Source: Harriotta raleighana (lineage: Eukaryota). Taken from it: a stretch of DNA of 64,000 nt. The stretch lies in assembly GCA_050575255.1 (NCBI GenBank), contig JBNZDD010013721.1, positions 4,765,196 to 4,829,195 on the forward strand, in the 5' to 3' direction. This document shows positions 1 through 13,900 of the stretch, piece by piece; within the stretch, counting starts at the first letter, position 1, and every line of letters starts with the position of its first letter. The position numbers were made by a program, and so were the translations under genes. The notes beneath the pieces were generated by a model, which ran no database searches, had not been told where the DNA came from, and worked only from the letters and a program-made list of their open reading frames with translations.

Positions 1-303
1 ATTTTTCTTCCTCTCTCTTTATTGCTACATAACATTCACTGAACTGCAAATTTACTCCCTCTACCAAGCACTTTAGGATGTGTCAGTACACTGGATTCCA
101 ATAAGAAACAGCTTGAAGTTAATAGGAAGTTGGTGGATGTGGGATTAAATCGATGAACCCGTTTCATCCTTATCCAACTTTTGATCTTGTACTGTCAACA
201 ACAACAACTTCGATTTATATAGCGCCCTCCACTGTCAGGGTGACCAGACTGATCAATGCTTTCCTAACCTCAACACACTGAGAACTTTTCCATTCTCAAG
301 TAC

Positions 304-473
304 CTCAGGATGGTCCAGTAAAGATGGATATAAATGTGGGTCGAGTTGGCAATCTCCTCTCTCATAGCTTTGAGGCTTGCTGGACTGATGCTCCACAGTA
401 GATTAGCGTCACTCTTTATGTGAGCTACCATGATGTCCTCTGGCTGATAGTTGACTAAAAACTGCATGGCCGA
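304..473 (-). CDS. Piezo exon 49 (cap)
   Basis: [33 protein letters not shown]. Confidence 0.92.
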
Positions 474-3400
474 CTATGAAGAAGAAAGGCAGTATTTAGT
501 TGACAGTTTTCCAAGACTTGCCTCTAAATCTATCAGGCACCCTGTATCTTATTGGTTAGAGCACTCGCTCTAATGGATGAGGATGAGGACCCAGGTTCAA
601 TTACTGTGCGAGACAAAACTAGGGAAATTTCCTTGCTCAAGATGATTCTATTTACCTAGCATTAAGTAGGAATCTGGTTAGCAGTTGATTAATGGATCGC
701 TTTTCTGGGGGTAAATAATTCCTTAATTTAAAAAATAATAATAATTTGGTCACTCAAACCATGACTGTTTGTGAGACACTGCTGTGCGCAATTGGCTTCC
801 GTATTTCATTCACAAATTACACCAGGCAATTAATTTGATAGTGTATGTTGTGAAACTCTGAGATGTCTCAACTAGGTGATCATGCGCAAGACTAAATACA
901 AGGATTATTATAATCATCTTAATTCAGGCGGACAATGTGAAACTCACCGGAAATTGAGTGTACCAGCTGGTCAGCTGGTCATACTCCGCGTGTGAGAATG
1001 GCCTCAGGTTCTGTTGCTGGGCACTCATTGTAAACAGAGGCTGGACACAAAGAAGCCAAGAGATTAGCAATGATTGAATGAATGTTTTCCCCTCTCAAAC
1101 ACCCCTTTATATCTCCCAAAATTCTATCTCCTGTGGAGTACAGCTGTGGGCACCAAGACTGAATAGGCTACCAGTGAAACCATGTAGCAACATAAGAAGT
1201 CTTTTAAAGTTTGTATATTGCAGCAAAATATCCGAGTTGCATTAACAATGACAATTACATTTGTACAGTGCCTTTCGTCGAGAGGATTATCCTAAGTCAT
1301 GCCTTTATCACTTCCAGGCATCTCTATGGGAACTCTCTCCTTGTCGGCCTTCCCAATTCCTCCCTTCACAGGCTGCAGATCATTCAGAATTCTGCAGCCC
1401 GTGTACTCTCCCGCACTAGACTCCGTGACCACATCTTTCCCACCCTCGCCCGCCTCCACTGGCTCCCCATCCCCCAGAGGATCAACTTCAAGATCCTCGT
1501 CCTCACCTTCAAGGCCATTCACGGCCTTGCCCCCGCCTATCTCTCTGACCTGCTGTCTCCCTATCAGCCTGCCCACACCCTTCGTTTAGCAGACTCAGGC
1601 CTGCTCCGTGTCCACTGCCCTAACCACCCAACCATCGGGCTTTCAGCCTCTCTGCCCCCACACTTTGGAATTCCACCCCGCAGTCCCTCCGCCTTGCTTC
1701 CTCCCTTTCCTCCTTCAAGGCCGGTCTCAAGACCTTCCTCTTCGACCGCGCCTTCGGTTCCTCCCCACCCTAACTCTTCCCACTGTCCTTCCCCCTCCCC
1801 CTACCCCCAATCCCCCCCATGTTCGGGTCCCGACCTGACTGTTCAGCGCTTTGGGACGTCCCCCCGACATGAAAGGCGCTATACAAGTGTAATTTTGTTG
1901 TTATTGTTGTAAGTCACTGCGTTATAGAGGTTTGCTGGTAAGTGACAGCCACAAACTCTCTTCCCTTTCCTACTCCCCAGTCCAGTCCCTCATATCAACA
2001 TCCTTCTTCCCTTAAGTGTGGATTGGCACTGATTGCTGGCAGAACTTTTGACTGTGGGCAGTCTTACAGCCAAGAGGACGAAGAAGGTTCAAAATGTCAC
2101 AAGGTTACATTGAGATGTGGTCAGATACCAGCCTGAGAAACATCCCTTGATAGAGATGTGCTTTACCTCATATCCACTGATGCTGATTTCAATGGAGACA
2201 TCCAGAGGTTGGTTGGTCACTCCAGCTACTGACTTGACCAGTGACATGAAGAGCAATGGGAACCATATGATGCAGATCAACGAGAAGATAATGAGACCAC
2301 CCATTCCATACTTCACCACCATGTTCTTCTTCTGCCCTGAAGGCTGAGGATATCTCTAAAAATTGTCAAGAATGTATAAATGTAATTCTCCAGTTCTCCA
2401 TAAATCCCAGTGACCATGATGTTGACTTTGCCCCACCCTGCCTTTCCCTCCCTCTCCTCTGGCCCCACTTCTGCGACTTTGTGGGACATTGCTGTGCACA
2501 ATTTGGTTGCCGCGTTTCGCCCGCAAATATACAGTCAGATTTTCCTACTTTCCTTCCCCCGACCCCTTTCCCACTACCCTGATCCCTACTTGACTGTTCA
2601 GAGCCTTGGGACATCCTCCCGATGTGAAAGGCGCTAATTAAATTATTGTAATTATTGATTGATTGATGTTTCAACATTTCCTCCCCTCAGATATCCCCAC
2701 CAATCCTTGCCTCAGAATGAGGCTTCGTTTGATGAGCACTGACTAATCCTTGGCAGTTTGTCAACGTATTACCCTGTACAGTGAGTCCTGGCATATTATG
2801 CCAGCCTGGCTCAGTTGGTAACACTTACTCCTCTGAGTCAGGAGATTGTAGATTCAATCTCCCACATTAGGACATAAAATTCATAATGTCTAAGCTGACA
2901 TTCCAGTGCAGGATTGTAGGAGGTACCGTCCTTCAGATGAGATGTGAAACCAAGACCCTTTAGGGTGCATGTTAAAGATTACATGGCTCTGTTTTCTTTT
3001 TTCTAACGGCACTATTAGAAGAGTGGCCCAAATAAAATTGGGTTGTTTTCTTGACATTAATGTGCACAAATTGCCTGCTGTGTTTGTCTGCAGAACACAC
3101 GGGTACCACGCTTGTTGCTCAAACCCATCTAGGCTCTCATCGACACCAGACATCTTGCTGCTCACCTTCTCCGATTCCCTCCAGCATTTCAGGATGAAAA
3201 TGTTAGCGTAGATATCCTCTACACAAATCCAACTCGAAATGCTGAGCGTGGTGTCCGTCCATACCCAGTCCATCACTGCCCTCAACTCTGTCAAGAAGGG
3301 AACCATCCGAAATCTACGGGAGAAATATAGATTTATCTCCGTTAATGTAATAACACGTTCGCACTGCTTGCTCGAGTAAGCTTTGGATTTTTTTGTTTTT

Positions 3401-4870
3401 TAAGATTCTAAAGGGACAAGGTCATGTAGACCACAATGACCTGTTTTATCATCATAGCTATTTGTGGGACGTTGCTTGGGTGCAACTGAGCTGCTGCATT
3501 TGGTTTCAACCATGTACAGTAATTACATGTCACAATAAATCCTCAGAAGCGCTTTGAGGCATTTCAACAATGTGATAAGGTGCTATATCAAATGTGACAA
3601 CATTATCATTATTATTATGTTTACTCCTACAGTTGGCACTGCCCAGCCCTTTCCTCAGCATGTCACACAGTTGGTTAAATTCATATCATTTCAATTTACC
3701 CTTGAAACAGGAACAGGTTGATGTAGTTGTAACTCTTGGTCAGGAAGTTGCCGAGCACACGGTTTGGGTAGCCACATTTGATCTGATATGCGGAGAGGCC
3801 AAAGTAAACACATTTGAAAAAGTACCAAAGCTGAGCCACAGAGTTCTGGTTGAACCTCCTGTAATTGGAGATCACAGAAGGGATTAAGACATGGTCTCGC
3901 ATCCACTGCTACACAGCTTCCCAGCACACTTACATACAGAGTTCCCAAATCCACTACAATGTCTTCGGTGAAAATGTTTAAAGCTTAAAAACAGGGCACA
4001 AAGAATTTTAAGATCTCAGAATCACTCACTGAACAGAAATGTGGTAGATGAAATTCCACCTAGGTCTAATTTTAATCTGTTAATTTAGCATTTTGGAAGA
4101 TACATAGTTTTGCCTATTCTTAAATACAATCTTACATCTTGTCATCAAGACAGCTCAGTTCAACACTGAATCAAATCTAAGAATTACCATCAACTAAATA
4201 TCAATTAAAAAATAGTAATAATAATTTGGTCACTCAATCCATGACTGTTTGTGGGACACTGATGTGTGCAATTGGCTGACAAAATATTCAGTCAATTCAC
4301 TTTGCAGTATATTCTGTGAAGCACTTTGAGATGTCTCGAAAATATGATAAGGCACTCTATCAAACACAAGGATTATTCTTATAAGAAGTGCTTCCCTAGC
4401 TGAGATCAGCCAATTTAGCACAGAGTGGGTTTGGAAACTATGATATTTTGGTCTATATCACTCAGTCCTGGTCCTATCAGAGCATTAGATGAATCGAACA
4501 ATTTCCCCCAATTTACGATGAAACATCTGGAGCTATTATGTTACCTCTCGGTCACTCCGGGAAGGATGAAAAACAACCAGAAATGGATGCCAAACACCAG
4601 GATGACTTGGAAGACGACCTTTCCGAGCACAGTTTTACGGAGGTAGAGAGCCCTGTCCACAATCATGGTGGCGAACTGAATCAGCAGCATTACCAGGAAG
4701 GCTTGGGGAACTTGATCCTCGGAGAGAGACTCTGTGATGTCTGCGGCAGCAGAATGCTTCTAAACAAGGGAAATATTTAATTGTTAGCCACTTGTGGTTG
4801 AGTCCCTTCTCAACCAATCGCTTGCTTCTTAAACTAGTCCTTCTACTTTCGATTATTTATATACAGTGTG

Positions 4871-4903
<33 letters not shown>

Positions 4904-7900
4904 TACTATATCTACTCCCATTTTGGGGCTCAGACAAGTGTCAACACATGCAGAAACCCATCACCGTGCTTAAGAGTATCCAAACCAAACTGAGAATTCC
5001 ATGCATCCCATCTACACAAGGACATTCCAGTGATAGATTATTGGAAATGAAATGCACATTCCCTCCCTGGAGAGATGCATCTGGCTTACCTAATTCCAGA
5101 AAGGTATTAGGCGGGCGCAGGTTGACGAGAGCCAAATTGTGGCGACCCCATAGCGGGAGTTGTGGTAACTTCTGGAGTCTAACCAGATAAAACTATGTAG
5201 ATTGCCATTGAGGGAACTGTCTCCACCCACTTACCCCAAAAGCCCAGTAACCAAACACGATGACAATGAAGTTAATAACATCCACGAGGAACATCAATAC
5301 ATAGACATCACACACGGCATTGTAGTCGGGATGGATGATGTTGTAGAAGAACTGTCTGATCGGGAGAGAGACCTGAAGAGCTCTGCAGGAAGGAAAAGAC
5401 GTTAAACCAAGACCTCGTCGACCTGATCAGGTGGACGTTAAAGATTCCATGAAGCGATTCGAAAAGATAAGGAACCCATCCTAATGAGGAGATGCAGAGA
5501 CAATATAATAACAGTGCATCCTATGCTTTGAGATGTCTCAACGACTTGATAAAGCACTCTATCAAATGCAAGGATTATTATTATTATTATTAAAGAAACA
5601 GGACACTGCACTGAATGTTTTCATATATTTTCCTACAACATTCTTCCTGCATCTTCTCATTAGCTGTATACAGTTCTTCTGCTCTCATCCCAATGCCATT
5701 CTCTATGTGTGAGTCTGGATGGTGCACAATGAGTTCTCGACATGGACAGTGTGAATGGGGAAGGGAGGTATAATCCAGGGTTGTTAAACTGTTTGATTGT
5801 GAACAGCCTGGGAACGGAGCTCCACTTGTTCTAATACGATTCCTGCACGTTCCAGTAGGAGTCACTGCCACTGAGATTTGGTCTATCCCAGCACCTTAGG
5901 ACATCTTCCTGCTTTGAAAGGCACCTCACAAATGTAATTTGTTGTTGTGAGGCCATTTTTTCTCTGGATTTAAAATCACATAGACTTGTAGAGCTGTATA
6001 AAGAGCTACAGTTGTGTAGAGCTTTGAGACATCCTTCTGCATGAAAGGTCTCAAGCCGTTATATTCTAGACTGGGATTAGTTTGCAAAGTGATGGCAGCG
6101 AGAAAGGTGAGAAAGGCACAGATAGGCAGCGAGCGAGCACTTCTTACACAACTGTGGCATATCCCTTAGCTGCATTCAACTTTTCCTTCATCCCCTCTTT
6201 TAAGAGCCCCCTTTTCAGCTTTGGTAATCGACAGCCTTTCCTCTTCTTTGTTGATCTCTTCTTTGGAGGCTTTCTCCCGCCTAAGAATGAAGTAATAACT
6301 GAATATTAATCTCACTGTCACTGACAGCAAACACCTCATTGGGATCTGTAACTAATCCAACACAATGTCATTTTATGTTCACATATTGATTTCAGCGCCT
6401 TGGGACGTCTTCCCTAAGTGAAAGGCGCTCTATAAATGTAATTTGGATTTTCACATTGGAAAGACGTCTCAAACCCTTTACATAATTGACTGGAATCCTG
6501 AATTGAGAATGGGTAGAGAAAGGTGGTTGAAGATACAGGTCTTACAGGTTTAAAAGAGGCGAGAGGAGGCAGAGGGACTCCAGGATGATTCCCAAACAGC
6601 TATGCCGAGGAATAGGAAATATCAGGGAGGCAACGTTATTGACTGTGTTTCTCTGTGATTAAAGCGAGATATCAACCCATTACAATTCTAATGTGACTTC
6701 AGAATTTGTGTGTTTAGTAGCTTTGACCAGGCTGTTGAGGATTGGGGAGTCTGAAGCAGACTCCTGCACCCATTGACTGTCAGTCATAGAAACGCAACAT
6801 TAATAAAACTCCTGTGTTATGAGGATTTGGACTCTGAGGCACACAGACTTACCCTCTTTATCTGATGGGTGCGATGCTCGCCTGTGTCCCCTCCTGCAGC
6901 CAGGGGATTTCAGCCCATCCTGCAGGTTGATGGTTTGCATGGCCTCCTCTTGGCAATGGACTGAATCTTCTTCATTCTCTCCCGTTTGCTTTCCATTCTC
7001 TGTCCAGTCTTTCTCCTTCACATCGTCCTGGGAGTCCCACAGCCCATGACACTGACAGCCCAAGGAGGGAAGAGAAAATGGATCATGAAACAAACATCAC
7101 TTTCCCAGCAGAGAGAAAGCCTCTTGTGAAAACAACAAGAACAACAAACAACAACAACAACTTACACTTACCCAGCGACTTTCACATTGGGAGACCATCT
7201 CAAGGTGCTGGACAGTCAGGGAATTGGACTCAAATTGGGGTTTGGAATCAGGAGAGGTGGAGGATAAAGAGTGTGGGGGTACAAGAGTGACCAAAGGCAT
7301 GGTTGGAAAGGAACATTTTGCGATGGGCCTTGAAGGAGGAATGGTGGGGGCAAGGTGGAGGGGCTCCAGGATGGAGTTCTAGAAGATGGTGGTGGATAGA
7401 CACACAGAGACCCAACTGCCAATAGAGGAGCAGTCAGGGGACATGGAGCAAAGACAGGTTGCTGAAGTATTAATAGGTCCTCAAAAGCATGCCTGTATCT
7501 GTGTATATTTACCTTGAGAATTGACCTGTGCAGGAAAAGTGCGAGGAGCTGGATGAGGTCATAGTGCACATAACCAGCCTTCTTCTCAACTCCCACTATG
7601 TTTGGGAGATAAAAGGGCCGGTTGGAATTCATGACCCGAGCGGCGGAGGTAGTCCAGGGAAAGAAGCCAAACTGAAAGCAATACTTCACGACCACGGTGA
7701 CCTGTGGGAAGGGAGGGACGACTGTCATTCCTAATCTCCACGGCATAGCGGAAGGCCATGCAGTCCATTTGAGCTAAATGTGGACAGTGTTGAGACTCAC
7801 AAGTGCTTCACAGTATAGATTATAAACTGGATGTATATTTGTGTATACGTGTGGATGAACCATGGCAACCAATTGCATACATCAGTGTCCCACAAACAGT

Positions 7901-10900
7901 CATGGATTGATTGACCAATTGTTTCTTTTTTTTTTAAAAAGAGCTTATTACTCATGGAAAGCGAAGTGCCAATCAACTAACAACCATTGTTTGGTAGCAG
8001 AGGTATGTGGACTAACAAACGTTGCCTAAAATTTCGCCCTACACAGGAGTCAAACCCAGGTATGAAGATTTGATGTTTGTGAGTGTATTAACCCCTATGC
8101 TATGTGACTCCACAGTTACCACAGGGCAGCATGTCATTCAGTGTACATCGCCAACACTGTACTGTATGAGTTTGTACCTCTGTGTACAGGATGGCCAGCA
8201 TCCAGAAGCGTTTCTTGGGCCGAGGTACGGAGAGCATTCCCCAGAGGAAGACCAGGATGGGCAGAACCAAGGTGAGCACTGAGGCCGAGATGATGTGGTT
8301 GAGGATGATGACAAAGTAGCACAGCATATCTGACTGGGCCGCCATCGTGTCGTACAAGGCAAACAGCAGCTTCAGCAAGCGCGGCAACCTGTGGTAGAAC
8401 CTCTCAGATTCTTCCAGGTCTGAGTCGTGAAACAACCTGATTTAGGAAAAGATTTCATTAGATACACAACCCACTGGTATTTTTACTGCGTCATACCTCA
8501 ACAATAATCCACAATACTCTTAATCACACCTAATTGCTCTCAATGCAATTTATATTTTGCAGCACCTTTCATGTCGGACACACCATTTCCACTAAGTGGT
8601 ACGACATGAATGCCTTATTTTTATCTGGGGGTGGGGGGTGGGGGTTGGAATTGTTGGCCAGGACATTGGGAGGGAGAAACTCACTTCACTTTTCAAATAG
8701 TCCCAACATAAGGTTTGACATTCCAAACATTCTGGTTCAGCAATGTGTATGTTACCCAATGCTACTTTGCACAGTGACCAAGCCAAGCTGAGGCACAGCT
8801 ACCAAGCTACCAAGCTGGGCTGGCACCTGTCCCAGAAACAACAGGAAAGATGTCTTACTTGTTGAGGAGCAGATCACTAGCTGTGAGCAAGCGACTCTGA
8901 AGGGTGAGAGGCACCAGTTGGTCAGTCTCTGACAACTTCTGCTCAAGCTCCTCCGAAGACACTTCTGTTGGGAAGTCAAGACTGTGGCTGACGTGGCCAT
9001 AAGTGGGCAGGAAGTCCGAGGTGCGATCCATCATAGCTTCATCCTCTTTCTCATCTCCCACCTCCTCAATGGTGTCTCTTCCGCCCGGCCAAAGACTAAG
9101 GCAGCTGGACTGAGTTGGCGAACTGGACAGAGAAGAAAAGTAATTCACTTAAACCAAGCCAGAGAAGAGGCTTGGTCACATAACACAAATAGCCAACAAT
9201 CGATTTCAGGTACATGGAGGCAGCAGGGCATGGGATTACAGGTTTAGGGCAGTGAGGAGCAATTTCAGGACATACACCATGTGAATCGATAGATCGGAAA
9301 AGGCTACCAGGAAGAGTGGGTGAGGCCAGAGCTCTGTAGCTGTGACTATTATTATTATTATGATAAAGTTGGCATCTCTATCCAGAATCTGTGGCTACCT
9401 GGAGAGGACATTTTCTGTTGAAGAGGAAAGATCAACATTGGCCATCTTTTGGAGTTTCCATTTCACTCGAGTACTTGGCTTTGGGACCCCCGGGCTGGCC
9501 TCCTCCAGGTCTTCCAGAAACTCCATGGTCGTCTGCCTCGAGAACAATATGGTGCCTTCAGTGGTACAACTAGAGAAGAAATCCAAACAAGAAAATCACA
9601 ACCTACCTTCTTCTTATCATAGAAAACAACACACTTTCAAGATCTAGTCCGCGGTCAGTTAATNGGTCATAGTGCACATAACCAGCCTTCTTCTCAACTC
9701 CCACTATGTTTGGGAGATAAAAGGGCCGGTTGGAATTCATGACCCGAGCGGCGGAGGTAGTCCAGGGAAAGAAGCCAAACTGAAAGCAATACTTCACGAC
9801 CACGGTGACCTGTGGGAAGGGAGGGACGACTGTCATTCCTAATCTCCACGGCATAGCGGAAGGCCATGCAGTCCATTTGAGCTAAATGTGGACAGTGTTG
9901 AGACTCACAAGTGCTTCACAGTATAGATTATAAACTGGATGTATATTTGTGTATACGTGTGGATGAACCATGGCAACCAATTGCATACATCAGTGTCCCA
10001 CAAACAGTCATGGATTGATTGACCAATTGTTTCTTTTTTTTTTAAAAAGAGCTTATTACTCATGGAAAGCGAAGTGCCAATCAACTAACAACCATTGTTT
10101 GGTAGCAGAGGTATGTGGACTAACAAACGTTGCCTAAAATTTCGCCCTACACAGGAGTCAAACCCAGGTATGAAGATTTGATGTTTGTGAGTGTATTAAC
10201 CCCTATGCTATGTGACTCCACAGTTACCACAGGGCAGCATGTCATTCAGTGTACATCGCCAACACTGTACTGTATGAGTTTGTACCTCTGTGTACAGGAT
10301 GGCCAGCATCCAGAAGCGTTTCTTGGGCCGAGGTACGGAGAGCATTCCCCAGAGGAAGACCAGGATGGGCAGAACCAAGGTGAGCACTGAGGCCGAGATG
10401 ATGTGGTTGAGGATGATGACAAAGTAGCACAGCATATCTGACTGGGCCGCCATCGTGTCGTACAAGGCAAACAGCAGCTTCAGCAAGCGCGGCAACCTGT
10501 GGTAGAACCTCTCAGATTCTTCCAGGTCTGAGTCGTGAAACAACCTGATTTAGGAAAAGATTTCATTAGATACACAACCCACTGGTATTTTTACTGCGTC
10601 ATACCTCAACAATAATCCACAATACTCTTAATCACACCTAATTGCTCTCAATGCAATTTATATTTTGCAGCACCTTTCATGTCGGACACACCATTTCCAC
10701 TAAGTGGTACGACATGAATGCCTTATTTTTATCTGGGGGTGGGGGGTGGGGGTTGGAATTGTTGGCCAGGACATTGGGAGGGAGAAACTCACTTCACTTT
10801 TCAAATAGTCCCAACATAAGGTTTGACATTCCAAACATTCTGGTTCAGCAATGTGTATGTTACCCAATGCTACTTTGCACAGTGACCAAGCCAAGCTGAG

Positions 10901-13900
10901 GCACAGCTACCAAGCTACCAAGCTGGGCTGGCACCTGTCCCAGAAACAACAGGAAAGATGTCTTACTTGTTGAGGAGCAGATCACTAGCTGTGAGCAAGC
11001 GACTCTGAAGGGTGAGAGGCACCAGTTGGTCAGTCTCTGACAACTTCTGCTCAAGCTCCTCCGAAGACACTTCTGTTGGGAAGTCAAGACTGTGGCTGAC
11101 GTGGCCATAAGTGGGCAGGAAGTCCGAGGTGCGATCCATCATAGCTTCATCCTCTTTCTCATCTCCCACCTCCTCAATGGTGTCTCTTCCGCCCGGCCAA
11201 AGACTAAGGCAGCTGGACTGAGTTGGCGAACTGGACAGAGAAGAAAAGTAATTCACTTAAACCAAGCCAGAGAAGAGGCTTGGTCACATAACACAAATAG
11301 CCAACAATCGATTTCAGGTACATGGAGGCAGCAGGGCATGGGATTACAGGTTTAGGGCAGTGAGGAGCAATTTCAGGACATACACCATGTGAATCGATAG
11401 ATCGGAAAAGGCTACCAGGAAGAGTGGGTGAGGCCAGAGCTCTGTAGCTGTGACTATTATTATTATTATGATAAAGTTGGCATCTCTATCCAGAATCTGT
11501 GGCTACCTGGAGAGGACATTTTCTGTTGAAGAGGAAAGATCAACATTGGCCATCTTTTGGAGTTTCCATTTCACTCGAGTACTTGGCTTTGGGACCCCCG
11601 GGCTGGCCTCCTCCAGGTCTTCCAGAAACTCCATGGTCGTCTGCCTCGAGAACAATATGGTGCCTTCAGTGGTACAACTAGAGAAGAAATCCAAACAAGA
11701 AAATCACAACCTACCTTCTTCTTATCATAGAAAACAACACACTTTCAAGATCTAGTCCGCGGTCAGTTAATTTCAGGACAGACAATAAGTTTGACTTTTA
11801 TTCATAGGGTGAAACTGATTGTTGAAAAGAATGGTTGAGGCCAAAATTCGGTGACAAAACAGCTTGAAGCTGTGATGGGAGGACAGTAAAGTGGGTGTTC
11901 TGGAGGGATGAGATCAGACAGGCTGAAAGGTCAAACTACAACTGTTTGCGGGACACTGCTGTGCACAATTGGCTGATGCATTTCACAGTCAATCCAATTT
12001 ACTGTGTATTCTGTAAAGTACTTTGAGACATCTCAATGGCTTGTTAAGGCTACAATAAATGAATTATTATAATTATAAGGGCATTTTTCAACTGAACCAA
12101 TCGTGTTATCTACAGTGCCTTTGACATAAAGTAACAAGACAAAGGGCAAGGGCTTATGTTATTAAGAGTGAGCAGAGGTCTCCTCACCCCCAAAGCGATG
12201 AGTGGATTATCAAACACCCACGTTACCAGTTAGGGCTATGTCTGTAGGGTCACAGCTTTATGTGTCCATGTTAATTCATTGTGAATGGTCTACTCACGTC
12301 CTCTTTCCTGACTCTAACTCCATGCAGATTTGTAGGTATTCTAACCCACTATTTACATGGTGTTGCAGTACCTGGACAAACTGCTCTCCCTAGAGAAGAT
12401 GGAATCATAACTGGCCATCTTCCGGAAGCCTGAGGATCGGGATGTCTCTCGTCCATATGTTATCTCCTCATCCGCAGCCTCAACACAGTCGGAAGAAACT
12501 TGTCTTCTCAGTCTGTTGTTGTAAAAGCAATAGATGCTGTCCTGGGTCAGTAATTTACCCTAAACAGTAAGGACAGGTTTTATTATCATTATGAGATGTA
12601 ACCAGCTCCTTTGTTTCACTTTGTTCTATTGTCAGAGGTCCCATCTGTCAGATGAGGTGTGAAACCTAGTCCTATCTGCCTGCTCAAGTAGACCATAAAG
12701 ATCCCATGACACTGGTCAAATGAGAAGGAAATTTATTTAATCAATGCCCTGGCTGACAACCCCCCCATCAAAATTGGTCGCTCACTTCATTGCTGTTTGA
12801 TGTAGATTAGCCTGTGTTTGCCTACAAACACTGCACTCCGTTTCACGGTACATCTTGTAAAGTGCTTTGAGATGTCCTCCTAAAATGAAAGAAGCTGTAG
12901 GAAAGATTACTATTCCAATATTGTTAGTTATATAGTGTCCTTCACACAGGGGAACGTCTCAGAGCCCTGATCTCCTTCAACAGTGTCAGACTGAGGATAC
13001 GAGAAGGAAGTAATGCCTCAAAATAGACCCAGTCTTTCCGAGTGAGTATTTTACTGGATTAAATGTGAGAATGTGTAAAGCTGCGAATGCACGGGAATTG
13101 GCTTTGTAGGAGAGAAATACCCGTTTCAATTCGCTCCTTAAAATGGTTCGCTCAATCTTCAGCACAGTGGAGATGTCAGTGTAATCCTTGGAAATGGACT
13201 TGAGCAGCTCAATCAGGCTGTCCACCAGAGCTTGGACAAACATCCAGGCAAAGGTCAGGATATTCAGCCCTCTTTGGATAAGGGTATCTGTCAGGGGATG
13301 TATCAAGAGGACATACCATGCATGAGAAACATCTAAAGATCACTTTAGGAACATAAGCATTTTGCCCCCAAAACAAAATCAATACATTTTACCATATACT
13401 GTATTCTGTGAAGTGTTTCAGACATCTCAAGGATGTGCTAAGGTGCTATATCAATTGCAAGAATTTATTATTGTTGGAACACAGGAATTGCTAGACAAAA
13501 ATAGACCATAATCCATCTGGTTCATCTTGTACCATTCCTGGTTGTTGCATGCTACAATAATGGAGATGGTGATAAATAGCAATTATTTCTGTATGGATTA
13601 GTCTACAGTTTAGACCCAAAATGTCTCAAAGCTCTCTTCGTATGATAAAATTGTGTTAACTTTTAAGATAGCATGACTTTTTTGAAAATTCCTAACTTCA
13701 ATCTAAATTTTGAGGCAGGTCTCCACAGCCCTTGAAATAATAGACTTAAGCTTAAACCTGTGAGGATTTCACCCTCAAACCCTATGATGCACTTTAAAGT
13801 GTCTTGACGATGTGAGAAGTCTCTATATCAAATGCAAGAATTATTATTTACAATCAGCCTCAGTTCTATCTGGATTTTTGTATTCTTCACAGACAAATGT

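Larger units (their letters stand above)
7557..11771. repeat. 2107-bp tandem duplication separated by one N (probable assembly overlap artefact)
   Basis: 7557-9663 matches 9665-11771 at offset 2108 with identical ORF translations and no difference seen; N at 9664. Confidence 0.9.

Noticed and set aside
1211-1912. 233-aa plus-strand ORF
   Set aside because: It is an L2 LINE reverse-transcriptase tail that runs into a Pro-rich frameshifted segment, not a host gene.
7557-11771. Real exon duplication creating a longer Piezo
   Set aside because: Apparent identity including introns, an N at the junction and incompatible phases favour an assembly artefact.
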